A stretch of DNA of 64,000 nucleotides from Zancudomyces culisetae HAW-14-8 (taxonomy: Eukaryota > Fungi > Kickxellomycota): positions 1,736,001 to 1,800,000 of the forward strand of contig JBNJNM010000008.1 of the NCBI GenBank assembly GCA_052426225.1, read 5' to 3'. The notes under the pieces were generated by a model. It was not told the DNA's origin, did not search any database, and saw only the letters and a list, made by a program, of their open reading frames with translations. Position numbers and translations under genes: made by a program. Every line of letters starts with the position of its first letter. Within the stretch, counting starts at the first letter, position 1. Of the stretch, positions 25,428 to 36,597 are shown one piece after another.

Positions 25428-26913
25428 ACATAGGACCAGAGAACATATGCTACGAGTATCCAAAAGGTGAGTACTGGGGTAGATAGCAGCGCTCGATGAT
25501 GTAGCGAATTAGAGCCAGACACCAGGTTTCCGGATCTATCCAGCTTCAGGCCAGTAACAGACGTAATCCAAGAGCTATAAGCACCGATCCGTGTGAAGTG
25601 GGCTAGCCCATTTCCTGAACATTTGGTCCATGTGGAATAGCTAGTGAATCGCGCAAATGGCTTTTGGATTGCATAAAGCATAGCCGAGTTGGGGTTTCCT
25701 GAGATTTCTGGTCGAATTATCATGGTAAAATTTAAAAATCCCAGCATGGAGTTGTTTGCAGGATCCACTGTTGTTGCACCGCTCGCATATTCTTGTTTTA
25801 TTGACGTGTTTAAATCTATTGCTGCCCTTTGCTGTGAGGTTATCGCCTTGATTTCAAGACTCTGGTCAGTACTACATATATTTTGGTCTATAAAATATGG
25901 TGTTGTGCACAGAAACGGGTAGTCTCCCGGCGGGCTTGTTCCAATCATATCTCCCACTTTACTCATCCCATACATACTCAACACCGCCTGTTGGCATTTG
26001 TTTTTGTCAAGAATGGATACCGAATCCTGTGGGTATTCATCCACATAGTATGAATAGTAGTTTCCTATCTTTCCACTATCATAGTTTTGCGTTGGGAGAA
26101 CGTAGGGCGAAAGATCCGCTGGGGTAAGCGTTACTGCGCGTACGCCTCCTCCGCTATCTAGCTCGCTGACTCCTAGCTTTATGGTTCCTGTTGTAATCGG
26201 CGTTTTCAGTTTCAATAGCCCTATGTTGAACTGTATTTTGTACATTCATATATAAACTTTATTACACTACTCTGAACATCATCAACAAGTATATTAGGCT
26301 AATTAGAATATACATTTTGCGGGTTTTGGTTTACCTTTTGTGCGTCTGGAAACTTGTAATTACTTAGTTCATAGTCAGTAGATAAAAATACATTTGAAAC
26401 CGGAATAAATCCATAGGACGCGCTGCCTCCGCTAGAGGAGGTAGTGTTGGGGTTATTGATGTACTGATCAGCATATCTCGCAAATCCTGTAGCTATATTG
26501 TTGCTGTCACTGTATATATTTAAGTTTGCAAAATATCCCAAAATCATGTTGTATTGGTGTGCAGCATCCTTATTATCGGGGCTTGAAACAAAAACCTGGT
26601 TACTGGCCAGCTTTCGATTTCCAAAACTCACTAGATTTTGCTGGATAGTTGTACTATTAAACGGTTCTAAACAATTGGCACTGGTTAACACCCAGTTTTT
26701 TTCGATAAGTGCGCCCATACATAGTTGGTATGGCGTGTATACATACACCAAAAACGGGTATGTCGAAGCTGTCACGTTTTGCATTAGTTTCTTTTGGTTT
26801 GAAGATCGCACATTCATATGCGCTCCGGCACCAGAGAGCGCCGCTATTTGTAACAAAAGCAATATGGATAGGGTTGCTACTGTTTGTACCGCAAATTTGT
26901 AAACCGATTTCAT
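25424..26913 (-). CDS. Secreted trypsin-fold (S1) serine protease homologue, catalytically inactive, with hydrophobic C-terminus (~461 aa, 2 exons)
   Basis: Exons 26913-26335 and 26230-25424. Signal peptide; YPFLVYV...CMGALIEKNWVLTSANC; FNIGLLKLKTPI; FTRIGAYSSWITSVTG; S/G spacer followed by a hydrophobic tail. Confidence 0.8.
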
Positions 26914-27536
26914 TTTCTTGCTTTTTTTTCCCTTCTTTTTCCTTGTTCGTATTTATTTGTTTTTACCCAAAGCTACGGCGTACCGCTTTATTCAGAAGAT
27001 ATATGTATGTATGTATATGTATGTATAAGTCTGTCTTAATTAATACTAGAACCAATGTTTCGATCGCGTCCTAATTACCTTGCTTTTACACTCTAAATTG
27101 TTAGCTTGGACCTATAAATGAAAACAGCACCAATTTCAAAACACTGATCTGTTTGTTTTTTTTTTAGTCCTGGTTCTATTTTTACACTTTTGAATGGTCA
27201 AGTATTAATTATTTTGGGAAATATATCATGTTTAAAGCTTTGTTTATCATTAAGAGCAGAAACATCGGAAATTTGTGAGTTGCTCCATTAAATCAATGCT
27301 GATTATACCATCAATGTTGGTTTTTCACATGATATAATCGATGCTTTTTTGATTTTTTGATTTTTCCGTTTACAAAGAAAAGTATCAGTAAAAAAAAATT
27401 TTTGGCTGGAATTTAAAATTATAAAGGCCAGGTTATTGGTATGAATGTTGTTGTGACCACCTATTAGACTCGTTTATGTGTTTGTTTTAGTAAATAAGAA
27501 ATAAAGCCTATGGTTATAGGAACTATCTTTCTCTTT

Positions 27537-27570
27537 CTCTACCTCTACCTCTACCTCTACCTCTACCTCT
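27537..27570. repeat. Microsatellite (CTCTAC)n
   Basis: About five tandem units downstream of RFA1. Confidence 0.85.
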
Positions 27571-27983
27571 CCTTTTAGGTTTGCTTTAATTTCAAACAAT
27601 AGCGTTGAACTAATAGGCTGGTTGGGTGTACTTTTAGGTATCAATTTCAGAGGCAAAAGACTATGTTTCCCTTTTTCTTTATTTGGCTGGACTTATATTT
27701 CTGCGTCTATTTATTCGTAAAGTAACACAACTGGCAAAATAAATAAATAAATAAATAAACAAAATACAAATGAAAATTGTAATTTGCGTACACAGTCTTC
27801 ACTTAATTCCAGACACCTAAAAAAATAAAATGGGAAATCAACAATAACATTCGATATCCTATTAGCGAGATAAAATAACCAAAATATAAGGGAAAACACG
27901 AATTACAATTAGGAATTTATTGGGCTATAAATAAAGAGGGAAAAAAATAGCGAAAACAGAACATTTATAAAAAAAAAAGGCAA

Positions 27984-30881
27984 TCAATAAGATTCGATGA
28001 TTTTGAACTTCCTCATGGATTCAGCCACAAAATCAATCTCAGAAATACTAACAACAGTGTAACGAACTCTGCTGGTATCGTTATAGACTTCACTCTTGGC
28101 TCTGCACCTAAATCTGTATTTCAAAAAGTTGCGTCTGTTGATACGAGCATCAAACTCCTCGCGATTGCTATCGTGCAATTCCATAATCTCGTTAGCGCTG
28201 GTTCCAAGCACAACACTGCCAGTATCATCAAAGCATTGGAGCCACAAGTTACCAGTGGTGTCACTAGCGCTCATACTCATTATGTAACGATATTTGGGGC
28301 TTGGAAAGCCCTTTTGGCACTGTTCGCAATGCCACAGCTGGCTGCTACTATCCAGGACAACCTTTTTGTTACATGATTCGCTCGGACATGCTGGGTATGC
28401 TAGATTTTCTGATTTGATGAAAATGATGTTTGCATCAATAGTAAAGTAGTCCGGTTTATCACCATTGCCAAGATTCTCCTCTTTAACTTGAGAAATTGTT
28501 TTAAGTTCATCACCTCCTTGGCCAGCTGTTAGTGACCCTCCACCTCCTGCGTAGCTTTGGAAATGTGCCATTTTACCCTGGCCATCATACCTATCCAAGT
28601 AAAAGCAAAAGCAAAAGCAAAAGCAAAAGCAAAAGCAAAAATAAGTTTAGTATATATCAACAACCATTAAAGATAATTTATCATTAACAGTGATGAATTT
28701 ACCATGATCTGAGTGGGTACGCTTCAGGAATGTCAATGTTGGCAACCATCGAACTGGTAGACAACGTGGACAACGATCTGCCGCCAAAATCGTTAACACG
28801 GACATTTTTGAATGCAAGAATTGGGTTGTCATGCATATTAAACTGAACAGCATTGGCACCCCACAACGTCAATCGCACCGAGTACATACTGTCATCAACA
28901 ACAGTCAAATCTCGTTTTTGAATCTATTTTTTTTTTCCATCGATAATTAGTTCATGCTTAAGAAAAAAAAATGCTGTTGTACTATTATGGCGATAAAAAA
29001 ATTCAGTCATTCTGGAGTAAAACCTACCGTTTTGTTTGTAGTTTTTGATGTGATGTCCGATATCTCACCAACTTGTGCTACTACAACCAGTACATCCACT
29101 AATTTATCCTTGTCAAAATCTCCCAGCTTGTTCAGCTTCACAAACGAATATTTGGTTTGTGGAATCGATATATTATCAGCACACTATTCATTTACATTGT
29201 TCAAGTTATAGCAAAGATACACAGATAAAAGTGTCGACTATAATGGTACTTCAAATGTTGATAAATAGTTTGGTACCATTAAACCACTTACTGGAACAAT
29301 GGTAGAATGATTTTCAAGCACCAACTCATACTCGTTCTTTGTTTGGTTAAATTTTGGATTTGACATGTTTACTCTTGCTCCTGATACATAATACACCTAT
29401 TGCGCATTTTTTGTTACATAGTTATTTAGCAAGTCTCTTCCGTGAAAAATCATCTGTAGATATTTAAAATATCTAGCTTTTAATAAGTCGCGTCTTACCT
29501 TGCCAACCTCTAGCATATTATAATACTGATCAACCGAATCATTAAACCCTGTAGCTTTTATTTCTCCCTAGTATTTTTTTTGATAACTTGTCAGTAAATT
29601 CAGTGTGTTACTAATGTACAATAAAAAAAACAAAAGTACTTACAGATTCATCAATGAGAACTATGCTGAATAATCTGCCTGTTCCCTTTTGATTTGACCA
29701 CGTTCTTACATCGCTTTTCTGGGATACTCTGGCTCTTATTGTCCATCTATTTATTTTATGATATCAGTTTAAACCATCCTTCAGAGATGTAACTAAATTA
29801 TTTTTTGTTTTTCATTATTTCTTACTTGTTTTGGTATGGATTAATATTTCTGATCGGAAATATATCTTGCGGAGCCCCTTGTTGCTGACCCATACTATTG
29901 TTTCTAGTTATTTTTATTCAGTCAATATATTAATACACTCATTCATTTATTAAGTATCTCGCATCAGCGTTGTATGGAGGATAAAATGTATTTAGTTCGG
30001 ATAACTAATCGCTAGTATTGTTCTTCGAAAAAGTACTTTATAAATATACAACAAATTCTTCAACCCCATACCCCCAAATATAGTGAGACTTACTGTACAC
30101 CTTGACCCCTAAAACCATTAAAGCTGTTATTGCCATAGCTTTCATTCTTCATTGTGCTTCCTGGGTTTGGTGGTCTCTGATATTGGTTTTGGTTTTGGTT
30201 TTGGTTTTGGCTTATTTTTTGCTGGAATTCACTAACATGGCTCTTTTCCTCTTGGAGTGGTGGTTTATCAGTGGAAAACTCGCTTGATGGAGCTGATCTC
30301 TGTACAAGCTTTTCCTTCAATGTAACCAATATTTCCATATCCAAAATTATTAGCAATCTATACCAATTGTAATTATTAATGCCTGAGATAATTTCGAACT
30401 GTTATTTTTCATTTTTGGGTTACTCGAAGCTTAAAAATGGCAAAGAAAAAATATACCAGAATCGTACACTTACAGTTTGGAGTCATTGATCGGATTCACT
30501 TGGTATTGTTTGACTTTTATAACTGAGAATCTATCAACTGTCTTGCTTTCGATCAGTGGATTCAATTGTGTGGCAAAAAACACTATTGAAAATATCGGAA
30601 TCGATTTTATTGAATCAGTACACGCGTGTACAAGTTGTTGGTCGGGTTTGCAATAGTAATAATATGTTCACCCAATTTAAATAAAAAGGAATCTTACCAT
30701 TAATTGTACTTGGACCATCGGACACTACCGCTCTGTATCTCGTTTGCTTTTGCGGTCCTGTGCTGTTTGATACTATCTCTTTAATTTGAGATATAATCTG
30801 GAGGATTGGGTTGGGATACTCACTGGATCTCTCCGTTTCAAACGCCTTTATAGCACCTTCGGTTAGCTGTATTTCTGCCAT
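27984..30881 (-). CDS. RFA1: Replication protein A 70 kDa subunit (~631 aa, 10 exons)
   Basis: Exons 30881-30698, 30582-30474, 30357-30094, 29903-29826, 29746-29644, 29567-29499, 29396-29292, 29183-29028, 28923-28703, 28590-27984 (1896 nt, all GT-AG). Motifs [39 protein letters not shown], zinc ribbon [13 protein letters not shown]...CEQC. Confidence 0.96.
28601..28640. repeat. Microsatellite (GCAAAA)n in the last RFA1 intron
   Basis: Six units; reads (TTTTGC)n on the transcribed strand just upstream of the acceptor. Confidence 0.9.
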
Positions 30882-33579
30882 TATGTTACCTTTATTATTT
30901 ATTTTTTTGGTATTCAATTTTGATATAGTATGGTTTATTATAACTTGTAATTTCTTTTAAAAGGAGCTTGTTTCCAGGGCTATAGTATAATCTTGCATAC
31001 AGAAATCACTAGATCCGCAGTATTTGAACCTGGTTGGCTCCATTTCGTTTACACATTTTGTTTGTTTTTGCTATTTTTTCCTCCCCTATATTTCCATACA
31101 ACATTTTCGCTTAACAAAATATTGACATGATTTTTTAAACAAATCAAGCAAATAGTTTTCATAAGTTGTTTTTTTCCCAAAACACAAACATCCAATGAAA
31201 TGCAAAGAAATAATTGAGGTCTACGTTCTAACAAGTTCTTTCAAATACGCAAGAAGGTGGCACAATTCTCCAATGTAAAAGATCTCAAATAATGTCGGTG
31301 ATCAAATAGAGCCAAGATCATATCCTTTGTAGTGATGGTGGTGCCTGCTGTATATATCATCACTAGCCGGAAGCTTGTTTTGCTTTTGCCTTTGCTTTTG
31401 CGAGTGTTAAAGTTACTGGTTCTTTGTTATTTACACTTTACTGTGCGTTATGTTTGTGACATTTCTTTCATGACTAAAACTGAATTGGGGCCAGGCTCAT
31501 GTATAAATGCGTATTTCCGCATGACTTGTGCCAAATAAAATGTCAGTATTACTAATTGCTGAAGATTTGATATATTTACTTTATACCGGCAGTTCAGTGC
31601 CTGCTAGTAACTGTGTTGCGAGGGGGGGGGGGAGGGGTGGAGTAAGGTAACATGACTATATTTTACCATTTCTACCCTCTCCTTACCCTCGAGTATTTAC
31701 TAATTTTAGAAATAGTTCACTTTGCAGAATTACATGAACTTTGTATTTTTTTGTAGTGTTATTCACGATACTATAAAGAAAATTCAGTTAATAACGGAAC
31801 ACTGGTATGATTCTGCAAAAAAACAAAATGAAATAACTAAAAAAGAGTAGCGAAGGCGGCGTTAAACGTATTTAAAACCCCAGTCGACTACTTGATTTTT
31901 TGTGTTGGTCCGGTTTGACTAGACAAGAATGTATTTTTGGTTAATTTTTTAGCTTCCAAAGTATGCAAATTCGGGATCTAACTCATTATAACTTTCTTGT
32001 GTTGTCCTTAGTTGTTTATTCGTAGCTCAGCTGCTGCTTGGCTGTATTTGGGTTGTTACATACGGTGTCATTATTTTTCTAATCACCTTTCATATGCAAA
32101 GGCGACTAGTGAACCAAATATTATATGATCTATTTGAGACAAACGTCATCCATCTATCCCAACAAATAAAATATATGGAGGTGTTTTGATCATGCCAGAT
32201 CCTAATTGAGTTATTACGCTTATAATTCACTAACATCTCTTTGAAAGTATTCCGTTAGTCTGGATGGTATACTAAATAGAACCAAAACTCTGAAGCAGTT
32301 GTGATAGGTAATTCTGGTTGCGATTATACCTGGAGGAGTGCATCTTTTGCGTATATGGCATGAGGTATGTGTTTTTACATACTCTTCTCTGGTGTTTTTG
32401 CAGTCAAATAAATTAAACGACTTTTATACACGCTTCCAAAAACCACTTCACTACCTCATTCCTTGATCACCAGATTTTACTATAAACGCATTCAAACAAT
32501 ACCTGACGATTGTGGGGTTAGTATTTCGTCTATAATCTTGAAAATTTATTTTGTATACTTGCAAATTGTTTAAAAAAGAATTAAACTACTTGCCCCGATT
32601 TACACGTAGACAGACTTCGGTTTAAAAATAAGTAAGGGATGAACTACGTTTGCATATATACAGACATTTCTTAAGTCTAATATTAGTTATTAACACACAC
32701 ACACATTTTTAGATTATGGTTTTGCTCAGACAGCATTTTCACTTATTTGTTGATCCTGAGCAGATCCACACATAAATTCCATTTAAACACAAAATTTTAA
32801 GTGAGAAAAAAAAAATTAGACAACGGAGGTGAGAGTTAGGATTTGCATAAAATTATTGGAATAGCTCAGTCAGCAGTAAAGCCTTAGGCTGTTCAAGTAA
32901 ATGGTTTCACTTGCTCTAAAGCTGCACTAGAGCAAAGAAATACATATAATCTTATTAGGAGAATAGAGAATCTATTGCAGATTGTAATTGTAATCGTCAC
33001 AAATTCGCATGGATTTGTAGCCATAGTTATTGCAGCGCATGTTGTAAATATTTTCTTCGGATATACCCTGGCTATTGAGTATGGTATACGCTGTAGCTCA
33101 TTTCAAAATATAGGTGTTGAGCGAATGATTATTTTTTTGTACATAAAATCCGTATGTAATATAATCAAAAGATTTCTCTGCAAGATTTTGAAGTTATAGC
33201 AGTGTTTAACTTATTTTTGCACCGTAAGCTTTATATGTAATGTTAAGGAGCATTGGTATTTAAAGAGCTGGATGGAATTGATCAAAAGAGTGTTTCAGTA
33301 TCTTTTCACCTCTTTCTATAACACTAAACTATTGAAGTAAACTTCAAAAAGATAAAAAAATATTTTCCATCATAGCATTTCGAAAGGTAGCTGGTATAGG
33401 GATACTTTTCATTATCGCTTTATATATACACACAAAAAAAAGGGAATAGCAGATAAAAAAAGAGCAAGACTAAAGGAGTCTGAGATCTGAGTGTAGCAAT
33501 TTTTCTGGAATTATCAAGATTTCGAACATTACCGTTTTTTTACCTCATCCTAGTTTAAACAGCTAAAAAAAAACTCGAA

Positions 33580-36500
33580 ATGAAGCTATTGGTGTCAATA
33601 ACATTATTCTGTGTAACAGCACTTTCAAGTGTTGTTAAGCAGGATATAAGCAACGTAGGCTCATCACGAATTCAACTTGACTTATCCGGCGGATCAAGCA
33701 ATACTGATACGCTTAACCTTGTTACAAGCTACTGTAACGACAGAGATGTACAAACAGTAACTCTGTATCTGGATGAAGCAAAAATAAAAGATACATATAT
33801 TTGTGACAACTTGGAAGTGAAAAGCTTTCTCAATAGGGTGTCTATTTGTCAAAAAAATGAGAAGCAGGTCTTTGTTGGCATTAAAAATACTGAAATAAAC
33901 AGAGAAAACACAGCTGACATAGCTAATTCCATTTGGGAAGAATATTTCTCAAAAAAAGGTGTATATAATTGTCTAGTCGAAAAACTAGGAAACGGTGGAA
34001 TCGAGTTGGATCTTGGGTCTAGCACTGACACTGATACAGAGCTACTGTACAATACACTAAGTACCCTATATTATACCACCTACGGATCTCGATTAGTTAT
34101 GAACATTAGAGATGGAAATGGTGTGTACCAACTGAACAATTCTATGTATCGCAAGATAGACAAGGCATTAAACAAAAACAAGATTTTGCACCTAAAAAGA
34201 CAAAACGACCTTTTGGACATTAACGATGCAATGGGAATTGCAGAAGCGCTAAGAAGAACGTATACCAAAACCGAAACCACAAGCACTATATCAGCGCAAT
34301 CAGTTAGCACAAGCTCTAATGCTTATAGCTCACCTTCCGCCACCATTGAGTCCGTTAGCACAAGCCCATACGTATATAGCTCACCTTCCGCCACCATTGA
34401 GTCCGTTAGTACAAGCCCGTACGTGTATGGTTCACCTTCCGCCACCATTGAGTCCGTTAGCACAAGCCCGTACGTATATGGTTCACCTTCTGCCACTGTT
34501 GAGTCCGTTAGTACAAGTCTGTACGTATATAGTTCACGATCTGCTACTGTTGATTCGGTTAGTACAAGTACCACTACATGCACAACACCTGTCACTGTTG
34601 AGTCCATTAGCACAAGTACCACCACATGTACAACACCTGCCACCGTTGAGTCCGTTAGCACAAGTACCACCACGTGTACAACACCTATCACTGTTGACTC
34701 GGTTAGTACAAGCACAATTGTATATACAACACCTGTCACTATTAGATCAGTTAGTACAAGCACTACTGTATACACATCTCCTATCACTATTGCTTCGGCC
34801 AGTACAAGCACAGTTGTATACACATCCCCTGTCACTATTGCATCCGTTAGTACAAGCACTACTGTATACACATCCCCTGTTACAATTGCATCAGTCAGTA
34901 CAAGCACTACTATATACACATCTCCTGTCACTATCGCTTCGGCCAGTACAAGCACAGTTGTATACACATCTCCCGTTACAATTGCATCCGTTAGTACAAG
35001 TACTACTGTATATACACCGCCTGTTACAATTGCATCCGTTAGTACAAGTACTACTGTATATACACCGCCTGTTACAATTGCATCCGTTAGTACAAGTACT
35101 ACTGTATATACACCGCCTGTTACAATTGCATCAGTTAATACAACAGTCACGTTAACATCGGTTGTCTTTACAAGCTGCACCACCGAATCGCCACCACCAA
35201 CTAACGATGTAACCATCAATTCCACAACAACTGTATTCGAAAGCTGTGTTACACCGGATACTGCAACAACCAGTGATGTAACCATCAATTCCACAACAAC
35301 AGTATTTGAAAATTGCGACACTGAAATTACCATTGATAACATTACCTCTGAAACCACTATCTGTGTACCAACTACCGTTACTCAAACTCAACAAAATACG
35401 GTTACCATTTTCTCAACAATTGTAAATGTTGTAACTCAAAACAACATTATCACACAAGCGTTTACAAACACTGTACTTTCAGTGATCACAAGTACAACCA
35501 CAAGCACAAGCACTGTAACGTCGACAAGCATAGTCAATAACATTGTGACGACTACTCTACTATCAACAGTTGCTCCAATCAGTATAAACAATGTTTATCT
35601 CACGGAAACCTCTACTGTAACCGTCAACAACGTTATAACAACTACACTTACATCAGCTGTTGCTCCCATTAGTATAAACAACATACCCTCGACTGTAACC
35701 GTTAATAGTATTGTCACAACTACTCTACTATCAACCGTTGCTCCAATCAGTATAAACAATGTTTATCCTGCAGAAACCTCTACTGTAACTGTCAACAACG
35801 TTATAACAACTACACTTACATCAACAGTTGCTCCAATCAGTGTAAACAATGTTTATCTCACGGAAACCTCTACTGTAACTGTCAACAATGTTATAACAAC
35901 TACGCTTACATCAACCGCTGCTCCCATTAGTATAAATAACATACCCTCGACCGTAACCGTCAACAACGCACTTGTCTCCTTTGCAACAGTAACGGTTGCT
36001 CAAGATAGTACTGTTTACGTTCCAACCACACAAACCCAAACAATTAACAACAAAGTTACAGTTACCGAATCCGTTTGTTACCAGCCCTCTACTGTCACTG
36101 TAGAAAGCGTTCAGAGTACCACAGTTGTATATCCTTCTCAAGCTACCCGAACTTATACAGTTTTCCCATCTGCAACCACAAAAAAAATTGTATATACGCA
36201 AACGCCTACAACTGTAACTGTGGATAACATTACTGATACCACTTGCACTACTACTACATCAGTTACTGTGGATAACTTTACTGATACCACCTGCACTACC
36301 ACTACATCAGTTACCGTAGATAATATTACTGATACCACTTGCACTACTACTACATCAGTTACTGTGGATAACATCACAGATACCACTTGCACTACCTCAA
36401 CATCAGTTACTGTGGATAACATCACAGATACCACTTGCACTACCTCAACATCAGTTACCGTAGATAATATTACTGATACCACTTGCACTACCTCCACATC

Positions 36501-36597
36501 AGCTACTGTGGATAACATCACAGATACCACTTGCACCACTTCCACATCAGCTACTGTAGATAACATCACAGATACCACTTGCACCACTTCCACCTAA
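33580..36597 (+). CDS. Secreted Thr/Ser/Val-rich tandem-repeat (mucin/adhesin-like) protein with a degenerate N-terminal GH18 class III chitinase-like region
   Basis: 1005-aa intronless ORF with signal peptide MKLLVSITLFCVTALS. Residues ~29-177 resemble the first half of Cts1-type GH18. KR at aa 206-207, then ~770 aa dominated by tandem repeats. Confidence 0.8.
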   Translation: MKLLVSITLFCVTALSSVVKQDISNVGSSRIQLDLSGGSSNTDTLNLVTSYCNDRDVQTVTLYLDEAKIKDTYICDNLEVKSFLNRVSICQKNEKQVFVGIKNTEINRENTADIANSIWEEYFSKKGVYNCLVEKLGNGGIELDLGSSTDTDTELLYNTLSTLYYTTYGSRLVMNIRDGNGVYQLNNSMYRKIDKALNKNKILHLKRQNDLLDINDAMGIAEALRRTYTKTETTSTISAQSVSTSSNAYSSPSATIESVSTSPYVYSSPSATIESVSTSPYVYGSPSATIESVSTSPYVYGSPSATVESVSTSLYVYSSRSATVDSVSTSTTTCTTPVTVESISTSTTTCTTPATVESVSTSTTTCTTPITVDSVSTSTIVYTTPVTIRSVSTSTTVYTSPITIASASTSTVVYTSPVTIASVSTSTTVYTSPVTIASVSTSTTIYTSPVTIASASTSTVVYTSPVTIASVSTSTTVYTPPVTIASVSTSTTVYTPPVTIASVSTSTTVYTPPVTIASVNTTVTLTSVVFTSCTTESPPPTNDVTINSTTTVFESCVTPDTATTSDVTINSTTTVFENCDTEITIDNITSETTICVPTTVTQTQQNTVTIFSTIVNVVTQNNIITQAFTNTVLSVITSTTTSTSTVTSTSIVNNIVTTTLLSTVAPISINNVYLTETSTVTVNNVITTTLTSAVAPISINNIPSTVTVNSIVTTTLLSTVAPISINNVYPAETSTVTVNNVITTTLTSTVAPISVNNVYLTETSTVTVNNVITTTLTSTAAPISINNIPSTVTVNNALVSFATVTVAQDSTVYVPTTQTQTINNKVTVTESVCYQPSTVTVESVQSTTVVYPSQATRTYTVFPSATTKKIVYTQTPTTVTVDNITDTTCTTTTSVTVDNFTDTTCTTTTSVTVDNITDTTCTTTTSVTVDNITDTTCTTSTSVTVDNITDTTCTTSTSVTVDNITDTTCTTSTSATVDNITDTTCTTSTSATVDNITDTTCTTST
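34300..35145 (+). repeat. Coding tandem repeats: 5 x 51 nt (SVSTSPYVYSSPSATIE) followed by ~12 x 48 nt (SVSTSTTVYTSPVTIA / SVSTSTTTCTTPVTVE)
   Basis: Units start at 34300, 34351, 34402, 34453, 34504, then every 48 nt from 34555 to 35131. Confidence 0.9.
35518..35967 (+). repeat. Coding tandem repeats, ~5 units of 26-30 aa (TSTVTVNNVITTTLTSTVAPISINNVYLTE)
   Basis: Directly visible in the translation and DNA (recurring gctccaatcagtataaacaat). Confidence 0.85.
36214..36597 (+). repeat. Coding tandem repeat, 8 x 48 nt (VTVDNITDTTCTTTTS), each unit with an N-glycosylation sequon and one Cys
   Basis: Units start every 48 nt from 36214 to 36550; the last unit ends in TAA. Confidence 0.9.

Noticed and set aside
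34300-35145. Regularly spaced repeats superficially like a CRISPR array
   Set aside because: The units are in-frame coding repeats with no unique spacers, in a eukaryotic context with no cas genes.
34319-36593. Long alternative-frame and antisense ORFs (34319-35155 +, 34323-35357 -, 36153-36593 -)
   Set aside because: Shadows of the Thr-codon tandem repeats, which lack stops in other frames.
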